64,000 bases of DNA. It comes from an uncultured Clostridia bacterium. GTDB lineage: Bacteria > Bacillota > Clostridia > Christensenellales > UBA1242. Below, in pieces: positions 28,092-38,568 of this stretch. The notes below the pieces were generated by a model. That model made no database searches. It saw only the letters and a list, made by a program, of their open reading frames with translations, and was not told the origin of the DNA. A program made the translations under genes and the position numbers. The stretch spans positions 21,232 through 85,231 of the forward strand of contig CAKVMD010000001.1 of the NCBI GenBank assembly GCA_934771475.1, in the 5' to 3' direction. Position 1 is the first letter of the stretch, and every line of letters starts with the position of its first letter.

Positions 28092-29049
28092 TTTTACAAA
28101 AGAAATAAAAAAAATGATAAAAACCGCAACATCCATTGCGGTTTTTACCCATATTACACCAGATTGTGATGCTTTGGGATCAAGTTTGACGCTAAAAGAG
28201 GGATTGACAGCGCTTGGCAAAAAAGTTACATTTTTCGCCAAAGATAAATTAACTAAAAATCAATCTCTCGTTTTTAATTCCCCAGATATTTCAAATAAAG
28301 ATTGTGATTTTTCTGCGTATGACCTATGCATAAGCGTAGATGCGTCTTCTTTTGAAAGACTTGGTGAATATGCAGAAGGATTTAAAAATCATCAAAACAC
28401 AATCGTTTTTGATCATCACAAGGGTAATTCGTTAACTGGCAGTATTATTTATGCATTGCCAGAATATAGTTCTTGCTGTGAAATAATATTGCAATTTTTA
28501 GATTTTTTAAAGGTTAAAATAACACCAAGAATGGCATCAATGCTTTATTCTGGTCTTTCTGCTGACACAAATTCGTTTATTAACACAAATGTTACTTGTG
28601 AGACCTTTGAAAATGCATTGCGTCTTGTAAGATTGGGTGCCGATGTTAACAAAGTCAACCAACTTCAATATAAAAACAGGACAAAAGTAGAGGTCGCTTG
28701 TAAAAGATATCTTTGGACAAACATAAAATTTAAAAAAGATATTGCATATTGTGCTGTTTCAAATGATGATTTGAAAAAATTGAAAGCCACAAAAAACGAT
28801 TGTGATAGTTTTTCTAATGACTTGTTGGGTATTGATGGTATCAATTATGGTTTTTCTCTTATCGAAGAAGAAAAGGGGAAAATAAATCTTTCAATGCGCT
28901 CAAAAGAAGGGTATGATGTTCAAAAAGTAGCATCTTTGCTTGGTGGAGGCGGTCATGTCTGTGCTGCTGGTGCAAAAATATGGAATAATTCATTGCCACA
29001 AGCAAAAAATAAAGTGCTTGAATTAATTGAAGAGACAAGGACAAAATAA
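28084..29049 (+). CDS. nrnA: DHH-family bifunctional oligoribonuclease/pAp phosphatase NrnA-like
   Basis: Motifs DCDALGS, DHHKGN and GGGGH. ATG 28084 overlaps the rbfA stop. Confidence 0.8.
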   Translation: MINFTKEIKKMIKTATSIAVFTHITPDCDALGSSLTLKEGLTALGKKVTFFAKDKLTKNQSLVFNSPDISNKDCDFSAYDLCISVDASSFERLGEYAEGFKNHQNTIVFDHHKGNSLTGSIIYALPEYSSCCEIILQFLDFLKVKITPRMASMLYSGLSADTNSFINTNVTCETFENALRLVRLGADVNKVNQLQYKNRTKVEVACKRYLWTNIKFKKDIAYCAVSNDDLKKLKATKNDCDSFSNDLLGIDGINYGFSLIEEEKGKINLSMRSKEGYDVQKVASLLGGGGHVCAAGAKIWNNSLPQAKNKVLELIEETRTK

Positions 29050-29056
29050 AAAAGAT

Positions 29057-29905
29057 ATGAACGGAATCATTTTAGTGAATAAAAAGGCTGGACAGTCATC
29101 AAATAAAGTTGTAAATAAAGTGAAATATCTTATAAAGGCAGATAAGGCGGGGCATTTAGGAACACTTGATGTTTTAGGCGAAGGACTATTACCTGTTACA
29201 ATTAATAAAGGCACCAAGGTTTTTGATTACTTTTTAAATAAGGACAAGGTTTATAAAACCATTTTTAAGTTTGGAGAAACCACCGAAACTCTTGACCTTG
29301 AAGGTGAGGTTACAGAAAGAGATGATAAAATTATAACATTAGATATGGTTGAAAAAGTTTTACCACAATTCATTGGCAAACAAAATCAAATGCCACCGAT
29401 TTACTCGGCAAAAAAGGTGGGTGGGCATACTGCTTATAGTCTAGCTCGCGCAGGCAAAGAAGTTTCACTTTCACCCAAAGAGATAGAAATTTATAGCATT
29501 GTGTGTTTAAGAGAAGTTGCGCAAAATACTTTTGAATTTGAAGTTCACTGTTCGTCAGGGACATATATTCGTTCATTAGCAAGAGATATTGCAAGCGCTC
29601 TTGGCACATTTGGTGTTATGCAATACATACAACGCACAAAATGTGGTATTTTCGATATTAAAGATGCTTCAACCATTGAAGATATTGAAAATGGGAATTT
29701 TAGCATAATAGTTCTTGATAGATTATTTTTAGACCATGAAAAAGTTGACCTGTCAGATGACCAAACCGTAAAGATTTTAAATGGAATGACTGTAAAACTG
29801 AATGATTTTAGTAATGGTGAATATAGAGTTTACGGAAAAGGGGAATTCTTGGGATTAGGGAATGTCGAAAATAACAATCTAAAACTTTCATTAAGATTGT
29901 GCTAA
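29057..29905 (+). CDS. truB: tRNA pseudouridine(55) synthase
   Basis: MNGIILVNKKAGQSS and GHLGTLD (catalytic Asp) motifs. Confidence 0.9.
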   Translation: MNGIILVNKKAGQSSNKVVNKVKYLIKADKAGHLGTLDVLGEGLLPVTINKGTKVFDYFLNKDKVYKTIFKFGETTETLDLEGEVTERDDKIITLDMVEKVLPQFIGKQNQMPPIYSAKKVGGHTAYSLARAGKEVSLSPKEIEIYSIVCLREVAQNTFEFEVHCSSGTYIRSLARDIASALGTFGVMQYIQRTKCGIFDIKDASTIEDIENGNFSIIVLDRLFLDHEKVDLSDDQTVKILNGMTVKLNDFSNGEYRVYGKGEFLGLGNVENNNLKLSLRLC

Positions 29906-29981
29906 ACTCTTTGAGTCTTAACGAATTTTTAAAATATTTATTGGTTATGATAAGAGCATTTTATAGATTATAGGAGGAAAC

Positions 29982-30842
29982 ATGGCAGTTCTTTTTGGGC
30001 CATCAGGCGGTGGTGAAGAGTTTGTACAAAGCGGTGGAAAATCTATTCTTGATATGCCAAAATGGATTAAGAATTATGGATTGGACGCCTTTGAGTATTC
30101 ATTTGGACATGGTTATCAAATGACAACTGACAAGGCCAAACAGGCTGGCGTTAAATTTGCGGAAGAGGGGATAAAAGTATCGCTACACGCACCTTTTTAC
30201 ATAAACTTTGCAAATCCAAGTGATGAAATGTATCAAAAATCTCAGGGATATATTTATACTGGCATAAGATTTTTGCGTGCATTCGGTGCAGACAAACTTG
30301 TTTTTCATCCTGCTTCATGCGGGAAAATGCAAAGAAGCGAGGCTTTGGAGTTGACGCGCCAGAGATTTGATGAAACTTTCAACAAAATGGATAGTGAAGG
30401 TGTCCTTGACGGGCTTTACCTTTGTCCAGAGACCATGGGAAAAACGCTACAAATTGGTACTTGGAAAGAAGTTATTGACCTTTGTAAAGTAAACAAGCAT
30501 TTAACTCCTACCTTTGACTTCGGACACATCAATTCAATTACGCAAGGCTCACTTAAAAGCGCTGATGATTACAAAAGAATATTCGATTATGCGATTGAAA
30601 CATTAGGGTTTGAAAGAATAGACAACTGCCATATTCATTTTTCAAAAATTCAATATGGCGAAAAAGGGGAAATTAGGCATTTAAACTATGATGACATGAT
30701 TTATGGACCTGAATTCGACCCTCTTGCTCAAACGCTTATTGATTATAAACTTTCACCTCGTGTGATTTGTGAATCAATGTCTCAAATGCCCAAAGATGCA
30801 CTTATTATGAAAAAAATATATACCAAAATGCTAGACATTTAA
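29982..30842 (+). CDS. endonuclease IV-like TIM-barrel protein (AP endonuclease family 2)
   Basis: Blocks HAPFYINFANP...LVFHPAS...CPETMGK...FDFGHINS...HIHFS parallel E. coli Nfo metal-binding blocks. RBS AGGAGG. Confidence 0.55.
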   Translation: MAVLFGPSGGGEEFVQSGGKSILDMPKWIKNYGLDAFEYSFGHGYQMTTDKAKQAGVKFAEEGIKVSLHAPFYINFANPSDEMYQKSQGYIYTGIRFLRAFGADKLVFHPASCGKMQRSEALELTRQRFDETFNKMDSEGVLDGLYLCPETMGKTLQIGTWKEVIDLCKVNKHLTPTFDFGHINSITQGSLKSADDYKRIFDYAIETLGFERIDNCHIHFSKIQYGEKGEIRHLNYDDMIYGPEFDPLAQTLIDYKLSPRVICESMSQMPKDALIMKKIYTKMLDI

Positions 30843-30893
30843 CTCGCAATGTGCTAAAATAAACAAGAATTTAATTTAAGGAGAAAATATTTT

Positions 30894-31454
30894 ATGGTAT
30901 TCGCAGGAGATTTTAGAAAAGGAACTACATTTGAATGGGATGGAATCGTTTATTCAGTTATCGACTTCTTACATGTTAAACCTGGTAAAGGCTCACCATT
31001 CGTTAGAGCAAAGATTAAAAATGTTATGACTGGTCAAGTTAAAGAAACTACCTTTAACCCAAGTGATAAATTCCAAGTTGCAGTTATTGAAAAGAAAGAA
31101 ATGACTTATCTTTACAACGATGGTGAAATTTACTACTTCATGGACGCAGAAACTTATGACCAAATTCCTCTTAACAGAGAAAGTGTAGAAGATTGCCTCA
31201 ATTTTGTTAAAGAAAACGAAAATTGCACAATGTTCTTCTATAAAGGAAACCCATTTGCTGTTTACGCTCCAAACTTTGTTGAACTTGAAGTTGTAGACTG
31301 TGAACCTGGTATTCAAGGGGATACATCTAAATCAACAAACAAACCAGCAAAACTTGAAACTGGATATGTTTTACAAGTTCCACTTTTCATCAACATCGGG
31401 GATAAGGTAAGAATTGATACTCGTGATGGAAGTTACATGGAAAGAGTTAAATAA
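30894..31454 (+). CDS. efp: elongation factor P
   Basis: [21 protein letters not shown] loop. 186 aa. Confidence 0.95.
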   Translation: MVFAGDFRKGTTFEWDGIVYSVIDFLHVKPGKGSPFVRAKIKNVMTGQVKETTFNPSDKFQVAVIEKKEMTYLYNDGEIYYFMDAETYDQIPLNRESVEDCLNFVKENENCTMFFYKGNPFAVYAPNFVELEVVDCEPGIQGDTSKSTNKPAKLETGYVLQVPLFINIGDKVRIDTRDGSYMERVK

Positions 31455-31535
31455 TTTATCTTAATAAATTGCTCTTTTAAAAGAACTTTTAATTATTTAA
31501 TTTTGTTTGAAATATCTAATTTACTTAGTCATATT

Positions 31536-31566
31536 GGCGACCTACTTTTAGGTCGTCTTTTTTTGC
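31536..31566 (+). terminator. rho-independent terminator after efp
   Basis: CGACCTA-CTTT-TAGGTCG stem followed by TCTTTTTTT. Confidence 0.75.
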
Positions 31567-31761
31567 AATATAAGAAATGGTGTCTTCTATTTGGGAGGCA
31601 TCTTTTTTATTACAGAAACTAAATGTGTGAAAAAAGATCATTTAAAAAAACTTTCACAAGTCGTTATAAGTTTTTATGTCGCAAAGAGAGCCAGTCGAAG
31701 TATATGTTTGGCTATGCAAATAATTGAGAAGGTTATCTTTTTGACTATCTTTGTCGTTTTT

Positions 31762-31790
31762 GAATTGGTGATATTGGGCTCTCATAACTT
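31762..31790 (+). promoter_or_regulatory. candidate sigma-E-type promoter for spoIIIA
   Basis: GAATTGG-14 nt-CATAACTT compared with the B. subtilis consensus ZHATAXX-14-CATACAHT. A partial match about 22 nt upstream of the spoIIIAA ATG. Confidence 0.25.
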
Positions 31791-31812
31791 ATTGCAAAGC
31801 GAGGATAAAGTA

Positions 31813-32715
31813 ATGTTAGAGAACATTTTGCCTGATAAAATTTACAAAATAATAAATGAAAAAGTGAATTTTAACTGCATAAATGAAATTAGGTTACGAG
31901 CGGACAAGCCTATTCTTTTGTGCATTGGAAAGACGAGAGTGTTTCTAGGTGAAAATGGTTCAACAGGGCTTGTTAAAAATGCTATAAAACTATCAAAAGT
32001 GGAAATTGAAGATATTATTTTTAGAGCAAGTGAATGCTCGCTTTATTCGGTCAATGAACAGATAAAAAAAGGATTTATAATCACTCCCGGCGGGGTGCGT
32101 CTTGGCATTGGTGGGGACATGATTGAAGAAGATGGTAAATTGCGGACAATGACAAATTTTTCTTCAATCAATATTCGTATTCCGCACGAAATTAAGAATT
32201 GTTGTTTAAGTGTTTTTGAACTGCTTTTGAGTGATGACGGTGTTTACAACACACTTATTGTTTCTCCGCCCGGTGCGGGCAAAACCACTTTTTTAAGGGA
32301 TTTTATTTGCCAGTTATCCGAGCGTAACTATGCATTGAATGTGTTAGTTTTGGATGAAAGAGGAGAACTTGATATTGGAGGAAGAGGACTGGGAAACTTC
32401 ACTGATAAAATATCTTTTGCTCGAAAAAAAGTGGGCTTTGAGAATGGAATAAGAGCGCTTGCGCCTGACCTTATCGTTACGGATGAACTTGGTCAAGACG
32501 AGGATATGCAAGCGGTAAATTTTGCAGTCAATTCCGGCGTAAATATCTTAGCGACAGTTCATTGCGACAACATGGCATCATTGACAAAGAAACCAAGTTT
32601 TGAAGGCGTTATAAAGGATAAAGTTTTCAAGCGTTATGTTTTTCTTTCTATGAGAAATGGTCCGGGAACTATTGAAGGGGTTTATAATGAAAATCTTTCA
32701 CGAATTAGTTTATAG
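31813..32715 (+). CDS. spoIIIAA: stage III sporulation protein AA (ATPase)
   Basis: Walker A SPPGAGKTT. First gene of the 8-gene spoIIIA cluster. ATG 31813 follows GAGGAT; the tracked upstream extension is unlikely. Confidence 0.85.
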   Translation: MLENILPDKIYKIINEKVNFNCINEIRLRADKPILLCIGKTRVFLGENGSTGLVKNAIKLSKVEIEDIIFRASECSLYSVNEQIKKGFIITPGGVRLGIGGDMIEEDGKLRTMTNFSSINIRIPHEIKNCCLSVFELLLSDDGVYNTLIVSPPGAGKTTFLRDFICQLSERNYALNVLVLDERGELDIGGRGLGNFTDKISFARKKVGFENGIRALAPDLIVTDELGQDEDMQAVNFAVNSGVNILATVHCDNMASLTKKPSFEGVIKDKVFKRYVFLSMRNGPGTIEGVYNENLSRISL

Positions 32716-32724
32716 GAGGGAAAA

Positions 32725-33219
32725 ATGAAATACTTTTTCATCTGTGTTTTAGGAGCGCTTGCGGTTTTTGTTGGGTATGTCTTTTCAAAGAAATATTCTA
32801 AACGGGCTAAGTTTTTCCAAACACTAGTTTCAATCTGCCATAAGTTTGAAATTGAAATTTGTTACTCCCGCGAAAGGCTTAAAAATTTATTTTTATCACT
32901 TGAAGACAAACAGAGAAATTCGCTTTTTGGCATTGATAGAAACTTTTGTGATTTTTTAGAAAATAAAGTTGCTCTTGAAAAAGAAACATTATTTAGTGGC
33001 ATCAATTTCTTAAAAGAAAACGAAAAAGATGTGATTTTTCTGTTTTTCAAATCATTAGGGAGAAGTGATGTTCAAAGCCAATCAAAAGAAATAAAGCAAT
33101 TTCAAAAAAGTTTTGAAGAATTTTCTTCTTTAGCCATTAACGATAATAAAAAATACGGAACTTTATCAATTAAAATGGGAATTGTGTGCGCGCTTCTTTT
33201 GGCAGTGCTGATTTTGTGA
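32725..33219 (+). CDS. spoIIIAB: stage III sporulation protein AB
   Basis: 164 aa with N- and C-terminal TM segments. Position in the operon. Confidence 0.8.
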   Translation: MKYFFICVLGALAVFVGYVFSKKYSKRAKFFQTLVSICHKFEIEICYSRERLKNLFLSLEDKQRNSLFGIDRNFCDFLENKVALEKETLFSGINFLKENEKDVIFLFFKSLGRSDVQSQSKEIKQFQKSFEEFSSLAINDNKKYGTLSIKMGIVCALLLAVLIL

Positions 33220-33226
33220 GGTATAG

Positions 33227-33421
33227 ATGAATATTGAAATTATTTTTAAAATTGCGGGGATAGGGCTTCTTACCGCAATTATGACACAAATTTTAAAACA
33301 GAGCGGTAAAGATGAAATCGCAACCATGGCAACGCTTGCTGGACTTATCATTGTAATCATCATGGTGATTAACCTTATGGGAGACCTTTTTACATCGATA
33401 AAAACAATATTTAATTTTTGA
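33227..33421 (+). CDS. spoIIIAC: stage III sporulation protein AC
   Basis: 64-aa two-TM protein (IIFKIAGIGLLTAI...) colinear with B. subtilis SpoIIIAC. Confidence 0.85.
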   Translation: MNIEIIFKIAGIGLLTAIMTQILKQSGKDEIATMATLAGLIIVIIMVINLMGDLFTSIKTIFNF

Positions 33422-33433
33422 AAGTAGAGGGTT

Positions 33434-33826
33434 ATGGAAATTATTTTTAAAATAGTCGCAGTTGGGCTTATAACTTGTCTGGCAACTATGATAATAAAAC
33501 CTGTGCGCAGTGATTTTGCAATTTTTATAGCGATAGCAGGTGGAATTATCATAATCTTTCTTGTTGTTGGGTATTTGACAGGAATTATAAGCACTTTCAA
33601 AACGATTATATCGTCAACTGGGCTTGATGCAAGTTTATATAAACTACTTTTAAAAATTCTGGGTGTAGCCTATTTACTTGAATTTACTGCGAGCATTTGC
33701 ACTGACACAGGGAATGGGTCTTTGGGAGATAAAATCCTGTTGGGAGGAAAGATTGTTTTAATGGTGATGGCATTGCCAATCATCGTTAGTATTCTTGATA
33801 TTGTAACGAGTCTCTTGCCAAAATGA
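33434..33826 (+). CDS. spoIIIAD: stage III sporulation protein AD
   Basis: 130 aa. ILKILGVAYLLEFTASICTDTGNGSLGDKI parallels B. subtilis SpoIIIAD. Confidence 0.85.
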   Translation: MEIIFKIVAVGLITCLATMIIKPVRSDFAIFIAIAGGIIIIFLVVGYLTGIISTFKTIISSTGLDASLYKLLLKILGVAYLLEFTASICTDTGNGSLGDKILLGGKIVLMVMALPIIVSILDIVTSLLPK

Positions 33827-35025
33827 AAAAATTTTTAATGCTTTTTGTGTTTGTTTTCCTTTTAAGCCCATCTCTTGCAAGGATAACAGGATTTTCACAA
33901 GGCGAAAATGTGTGTTACGCTGAAACAATCTCACAAGAAGAAATAGATTCTTTTGAAGATATGGTGGACGACAATCTTGACAACCTTGATTTTTCGCCAC
34001 TAGACGATATATTAAAAGATTTTACTCATGGTCAACGCTCAATTTTTGGAAGCTCAAGTTTTCTAGGCAAGATAAAAATGCTTATAAATGGCGACTTTGG
34101 TGATAGCGAAAATGTTTGGCAAGCCATTGTAAATGTGTTTTTTGAAAGCATTGTTTCGTTTTTACCTTTTCTATCTCTCGTTGTCGCTATCTCGCTTTTG
34201 GGTAGCCTTATGCAAGGACTTAAACCATCTTCAAACAAGGGATTATCCAATATTGTACATTTTGTAACTTATGGTGTTGTTATCGTTTTGGTTTTAAGTC
34301 AGGTAACTAGGCTTGTAAGTCTTGCAACAAGTGCAATCTTATCCATAAAAAAACAAATGGATACTATCTTTCCAATTCTTATCACTATGCTTACAGCAAT
34401 GGGCGGGCCAACTTCGGTTTCGATTTATCAACCCGCTATGGCGTTTTTGACTGGGATTCTCTTAAACTTTTTCACCCATATTCTTCTTCCTATATTCATA
34501 TTTTCAGTTATTTTTGACATCGTTTCAAACCTGTCAGGAAATGTAAAAATGGAGAAATTCTCGTCATTTTTACGCTCATCATTTAAATGGATAATGGGAA
34601 TCGTTTTTACAATTTTTACAGCATTCTTGTCTATTCAAGGTTTAACCGCCATGTCAATAGACGGAATATCAATTCGGACAGCAAAGTATGCAATGCGTTC
34701 CTATATCCCGATTTTGGGTTCATATTTAAGTGATGGGATGGGGGTTATTTTGGCTTCTAGCAACCTTATCAAAAATGCGGTTGGTGGAGCAGGACTTATC
34801 ATGCTTCTTGCAAGTCTTCTTTCGCCCATATTGGAACTTGTCATTTTTATGCTTATTCTTAAACTTACAGCGGGTATTATTGAACCACTGGGGAACAGGC
34901 AAGTTGCTTCATTTATAACCTCACTCTCAAAAAGCATGGTGTTATTAATATCACTATTAATTGGTGTTGGGTTTGTATATTTCATAATGTTGGGACTTGT
35001 AATGTGTTCAGCCAATTTGGTGTAA
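33823..35025 (+). CDS. spoIIIAE: stage III sporulation protein AE
   Basis: 400 aa with a signal peptide and a polytopic membrane domain. Overlaps spoIIIAD. Confidence 0.85.
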   Translation: MKKFLMLFVFVFLLSPSLARITGFSQGENVCYAETISQEEIDSFEDMVDDNLDNLDFSPLDDILKDFTHGQRSIFGSSSFLGKIKMLINGDFGDSENVWQAIVNVFFESIVSFLPFLSLVVAISLLGSLMQGLKPSSNKGLSNIVHFVTYGVVIVLVLSQVTRLVSLATSAILSIKKQMDTIFPILITMLTAMGGPTSVSIYQPAMAFLTGILLNFFTHILLPIFIFSVIFDIVSNLSGNVKMEKFSSFLRSSFKWIMGIVFTIFTAFLSIQGLTAMSIDGISIRTAKYAMRSYIPILGSYLSDGMGVILASSNLIKNAVGGAGLIMLLASLLSPILELVIFMLILKLTAGIIEPLGNRQVASFITSLSKSMVLLISLLIGVGFVYFIMLGLVMCSANLV

Positions 35026-35037
35026 AGGGAGGGTAAC

Positions 35038-35541
35038 ATGATTTCAAGCGTTTCGGGGTGGGTGTTGTCTCTGTCAGGAGTTATTTGCCTATCAGTTATT
35101 GCAGAATTTATTTTGCCAGACGGACAAACAAACAAATATGTTAAAGGCATTTTCTCTTTTGTTCTTCTACTTGTAATTGTCTCACCCTTGCCAAAACTTT
35201 TAAACAAGAAATTGAATTTTTCAAATATATTTGATTACAACGGCGTAGTTAGCGCAAGTGATGACTACCTTTATGAGGTTAATCTTGATAAACTAACTTA
35301 CTACAAACAGGTTATTGAAAGCAAGATAAAAAGCCACGGATATGACAATGTTTCAGTGTATATAAACTGCAACATCAAAGACTCAAAAATGAAGTTCAAG
35401 TCGATAACTGTCGATTTAAAGAGTTTAGTCATAAGGCATGAAGCGGAGCATAAAAATATAGCAAAGATAAGAGAAGATATAACAAAAATAATCTTATCTT
35501 ATGTGGAGATTGACGAGGAGGATATACTTTATGACATCTAA
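35038..35541 (+). CDS. spoIIIAF: stage III sporulation protein AF
   Basis: 167 aa with two N-terminal TM segments. Position in the operon. Confidence 0.8.
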   Translation: MISSVSGWVLSLSGVICLSVIAEFILPDGQTNKYVKGIFSFVLLLVIVSPLPKLLNKKLNFSNIFDYNGVVSASDDYLYEVNLDKLTYYKQVIESKIKSHGYDNVSVYINCNIKDSKMKFKSITVDLKSLVIRHEAEHKNIAKIREDITKIILSYVEIDEEDILYDI

Positions 35542-36073
35542 AATAAAGGACAAGCTGTCGCTATTATGGCAAAAGATTAAAAATATAAAACATATTGAAA
35601 TTTATATCGCTTTAATCCTTGCTGTCATAATCGGTGGTGTTTACTTTATCAAGATTTCAAAAAATGATTCCCATGCAAAAGACACGACAACAAACGACAC
35701 AAATATCACAAATTTTTCCTCATCTCAGGAATATGCCACATTCTTGGAAAATAAACTTGAAAATGTACTAAAAGAAATCCAAGGTGCAAAAGATGTTGAT
35801 GTTATGCTTACCATAGAAAAGGGTTTTGAGTATGTATACCTTACCGAAGAAGAAACGCGGACAACCTCTAATGGCACGCAAATTACTTCCACAAACGTTG
35901 TCCTAATAGATGGCAAGCCAGTTATTGTTCAAGAGGTGTATCCAACAGTAAAAGGCATGCTTGTTCTAGTAAAAGGGGCAAATGATGTAAGCACAAGATT
36001 AAATATCATCTCTGCCATACAAACAGTGATTGATATAGATGCAAGCAAGATAAACATTTTGTCCGCAAGTTAG
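35531..36073 (+). CDS. spoIIIAG: stage III sporulation protein AG
   Basis: ATG 35531 follows GAGGAGG. One TM plus a ring-building-type soluble domain. Position in the operon. Confidence 0.8.
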   Translation: MTSKIKDKLSLLWQKIKNIKHIEIYIALILAVIIGGVYFIKISKNDSHAKDTTTNDTNITNFSSSQEYATFLENKLENVLKEIQGAKDVDVMLTIEKGFEYVYLTEEETRTTSNGTQITSTNVVLIDGKPVIVQEVYPTVKGMLVLVKGANDVSTRLNIISAIQTVIDIDASKINILSAS

Positions 36074-36094
36074 GACACATAAAAGGAGTTAATT

Positions 36095-36571
36095 ATGAAA
36101 AAGAAAACAAAAGTTATAATTATTTCAGCAATGGTTTTACTTCTTGGAATTACAGGATACTTAAATGTTGTGTTAAATAAGTCTGTGTCTAACACAAATA
36201 AGGGGAGTGAAGTTACTCAAACAGCAAGTTATTTCCAAACATACAGAACTGACAGAGAATCGACCCGAGACCAAGAACTTCTCTACTATGATGCAATTAT
36301 TGCCAGCGACACATCCACAGACCTTGCTATCGCAAACGCAGAAAGTGCAAAAATGGCATTAATCGGGCAAATGGAAAAAGAACTTGTTGTTGAAGGTCTT
36401 ATCAAAGCCAAAGGATTTGCTGATTGCGTTGTAAGCATAACCGATTCTAGCGTAAACGCAGTGGTTAAATGCGCCGACCTCACTTCAAGCCAAGTTGCAC
36501 AAATAGTATCAGTTATCAAAAGCCAACTTTCAGTTGGAATTGAAAATATCAAAATTATTCCAGTAGAATAA
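36095..36571 (+). CDS. spoIIIAH: stage III sporulation protein AH
   Basis: N-terminal TM plus a YscJ/FliF-like C-terminal domain. Last gene of the cluster. Confidence 0.8.
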   Translation: MKKKTKVIIISAMVLLLGITGYLNVVLNKSVSNTNKGSEVTQTASYFQTYRTDRESTRDQELLYYDAIIASDTSTDLAIANAESAKMALIGQMEKELVVEGLIKAKGFADCVVSITDSSVNAVVKCADLTSSQVAQIVSVIKSQLSVGIENIKIIPVE

Positions 36572-36624
36572 TTGCATTGTGCTATGGTTTTATGTTATAA
36601 TACTCTATAAAAGAGGAGTAAATC

Positions 36625-36990
36625 ATGACAAAAACAAATGCACTTCCTAAAAAGGGCAAAGTTGAAATCGATAGAGATATACTTTTATCAATAATCAACC
36701 TTGCAACTAAGGAAATTAATGGAGTGGCTTCACTTACAAATGACTACTTGCCATGGATTAAGAAAATGGTTAAACCTAAGAGTGAGGGCGTTGCAATCAA
36801 GTTTGATATAAACGGAACATTGAATGTTGATGTTTACATTAAAGTCATAATCGGATACAGCGTTCCAGACATTGCTTACAGAGTTCAAGAAAACATCAAA
36901 AACTCACTTGGCTCAATGGTTGGAATTAAACCTGGGAAAATCAATGTTCATGTGCTTGGCGTAACTTGCGATGACGAGGCTATAAGATGA
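36625..36990 (+). CDS. Asp23/Gls24-family envelope stress protein
   Basis: IDRDILLSIINLATKEINGVASL N-terminus. Lies upstream of nusB as yqhY does in B. subtilis. Confidence 0.8.
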   Translation: MTKTNALPKKGKVEIDRDILLSIINLATKEINGVASLTNDYLPWIKKMVKPKSEGVAIKFDINGTLNVDVYIKVIIGYSVPDIAYRVQENIKNSLGSMVGIKPGKINVHVLGVTCDDEAIR

Positions 36991-37376
36991 GAGCCAAAGC
37001 CAGAGAACTTGCATTTCAACTTATATTTGAAAGACTTTTCGTTAAGGAAAACTATACTCTTGACGAAGAGTTTTTTGCGTTATTAAAAAAGCAAGAGGAT
37101 AAAGATTTTGCGCAGAGTATAGTAAACAAATTTGAAGAAAACAGAGAGGAACTTTCAAATATAATTACTTCTCATCTTGTTGGGTATGAAATTGGCAGAG
37201 TTTACAAAGTTGACCTCGCGCTCATTTATGAAGCCCTCACAGAAATCTTCTATCTTGAAACCCCTTATCAAATTGCTATTAACGAGGCAATAGAACTAGC
37301 AAAACGATATTCTACTGAAAAGAGTAAGCGTTTTATAAATGGTGTTTTGTCTTCAATAATAAAAGATAAAAATTAA
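36987..37376 (+). CDS. nusB: transcription antitermination factor NusB
   Basis: RELAFQLIF N-terminus and NGVLSSI C-terminus. ATGA overlap with the asp23-like gene. Confidence 0.9.
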   Translation: MRAKARELAFQLIFERLFVKENYTLDEEFFALLKKQEDKDFAQSIVNKFEENREELSNIITSHLVGYEIGRVYKVDLALIYEALTEIFYLETPYQIAINEAIELAKRYSTEKSKRFINGVLSSIIKDKN

Positions 37377-37386
37377 AAGGAAACTT

Positions 37387-38568
37387 ATGGAAGAGGCTAT
37401 TACAGTTTCTAAACTAAATACTTACATAAAGCAGATTTTTGATGCGGAAGAATTTCTCCATAACATAAAAGTTGTTGGAGAAATTTTTGGTGTAAGTAAG
37501 GCAAGAAATGTAATATATTTTTCGCTTAAAGACGAAAGTGCAACACTCCCATGCGTGTGCTTCTATCCAAACTATGAAAGCCTTATACAAGAAGGGGACA
37601 GCGTTATTGTAACTGGAAATCCAACCTTCTACATAAAAGGTGGAAAACTCAATTTTAATGTCGTTAGGGTTGAGAAACTAGGGCAAGGTAAACTGTTTGA
37701 AGAGTTTCTTGCCATGAAAGAAAAGTTAGAAAAAGAGGGACTGTTTGATGTGTTCCACAAAAAGCCTCTTCCAACAACAATTAACAGAATTGGAGTCATC
37801 ACATCCAAGGAAGGGGCAGTCATTCAAGATATAAAAAATGTAGCATGGAGAAGAAATCCAAGCCTTGATATTGTTCTTTTCAACACAAAAGTGCAGGGCT
37901 TAAACGCTGAGAATGAAATTGCCCACGCCATAGATGTTCTAGGAAAATATGATAAAATAGATGTCATTGTTGTGGCGCGCGGTGGTGGCTCACTTGAAGA
38001 TTTGAAAGCCTACAATACAGAAATTGTTGCAAGAGCAACTTATAATTGTCCTAAACCTATAATTTCGGCTGTTGGACACGAGACGGATTTTACAATTATA
38101 GATTTTGTAAGCGATTTGAGGGCTCCTACTCCCTCTGCGGGTGCGGAATTACTTACAAACGATTCATTAGTGCTAAAAGAGGGGCTTGCTCAATTAGAAA
38201 ATAGGCTTGTTTATGCTTGCAAAAATTATGTCAGCAATGCCCAAAATTATATTAGCGTCAAATCAAATGCGCTTGTAGATTTGCTAGAAAAAACACTTAT
38301 AAAAGAACAGCATTATGTAAAACTATCACAAAATGAGTTTGCAAATGCTTGCGACAATTTTATTAATACGAAATTTTATGAAATAGGGCTGTTTGAAAAT
38401 ACCCTTGCAAAGATTAACCCAAAATCTATTTTAGACAAAGGTTACACAAAAGTTGAACAAGACGGGAAAAGCATTTCTTCTTGCAAGGACATAGGCAATA
38501 ATGAATTTAAAGTTATATTTAAAGATGGACAAATTAAAGCAAAACAAATTAAAGGAGAAAATATATGA
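37387..38568 (+). CDS. xseA: exodeoxyribonuclease VII large subunit
   Basis: N-terminal OB fold (VSKLNTYIKQIF...VVGEI) and the catalytic block ARGGGSLEDL. Confidence 0.9.
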   Translation: MEEAITVSKLNTYIKQIFDAEEFLHNIKVVGEIFGVSKARNVIYFSLKDESATLPCVCFYPNYESLIQEGDSVIVTGNPTFYIKGGKLNFNVVRVEKLGQGKLFEEFLAMKEKLEKEGLFDVFHKKPLPTTINRIGVITSKEGAVIQDIKNVAWRRNPSLDIVLFNTKVQGLNAENEIAHAIDVLGKYDKIDVIVVARGGGSLEDLKAYNTEIVARATYNCPKPIISAVGHETDFTIIDFVSDLRAPTPSAGAELLTNDSLVLKEGLAQLENRLVYACKNYVSNAQNYISVKSNALVDLLEKTLIKEQHYVKLSQNEFANACDNFINTKFYEIGLFENTLAKINPKSILDKGYTKVEQDGKSISSCKDIGNNEFKVIFKDGQIKAKQIKGENI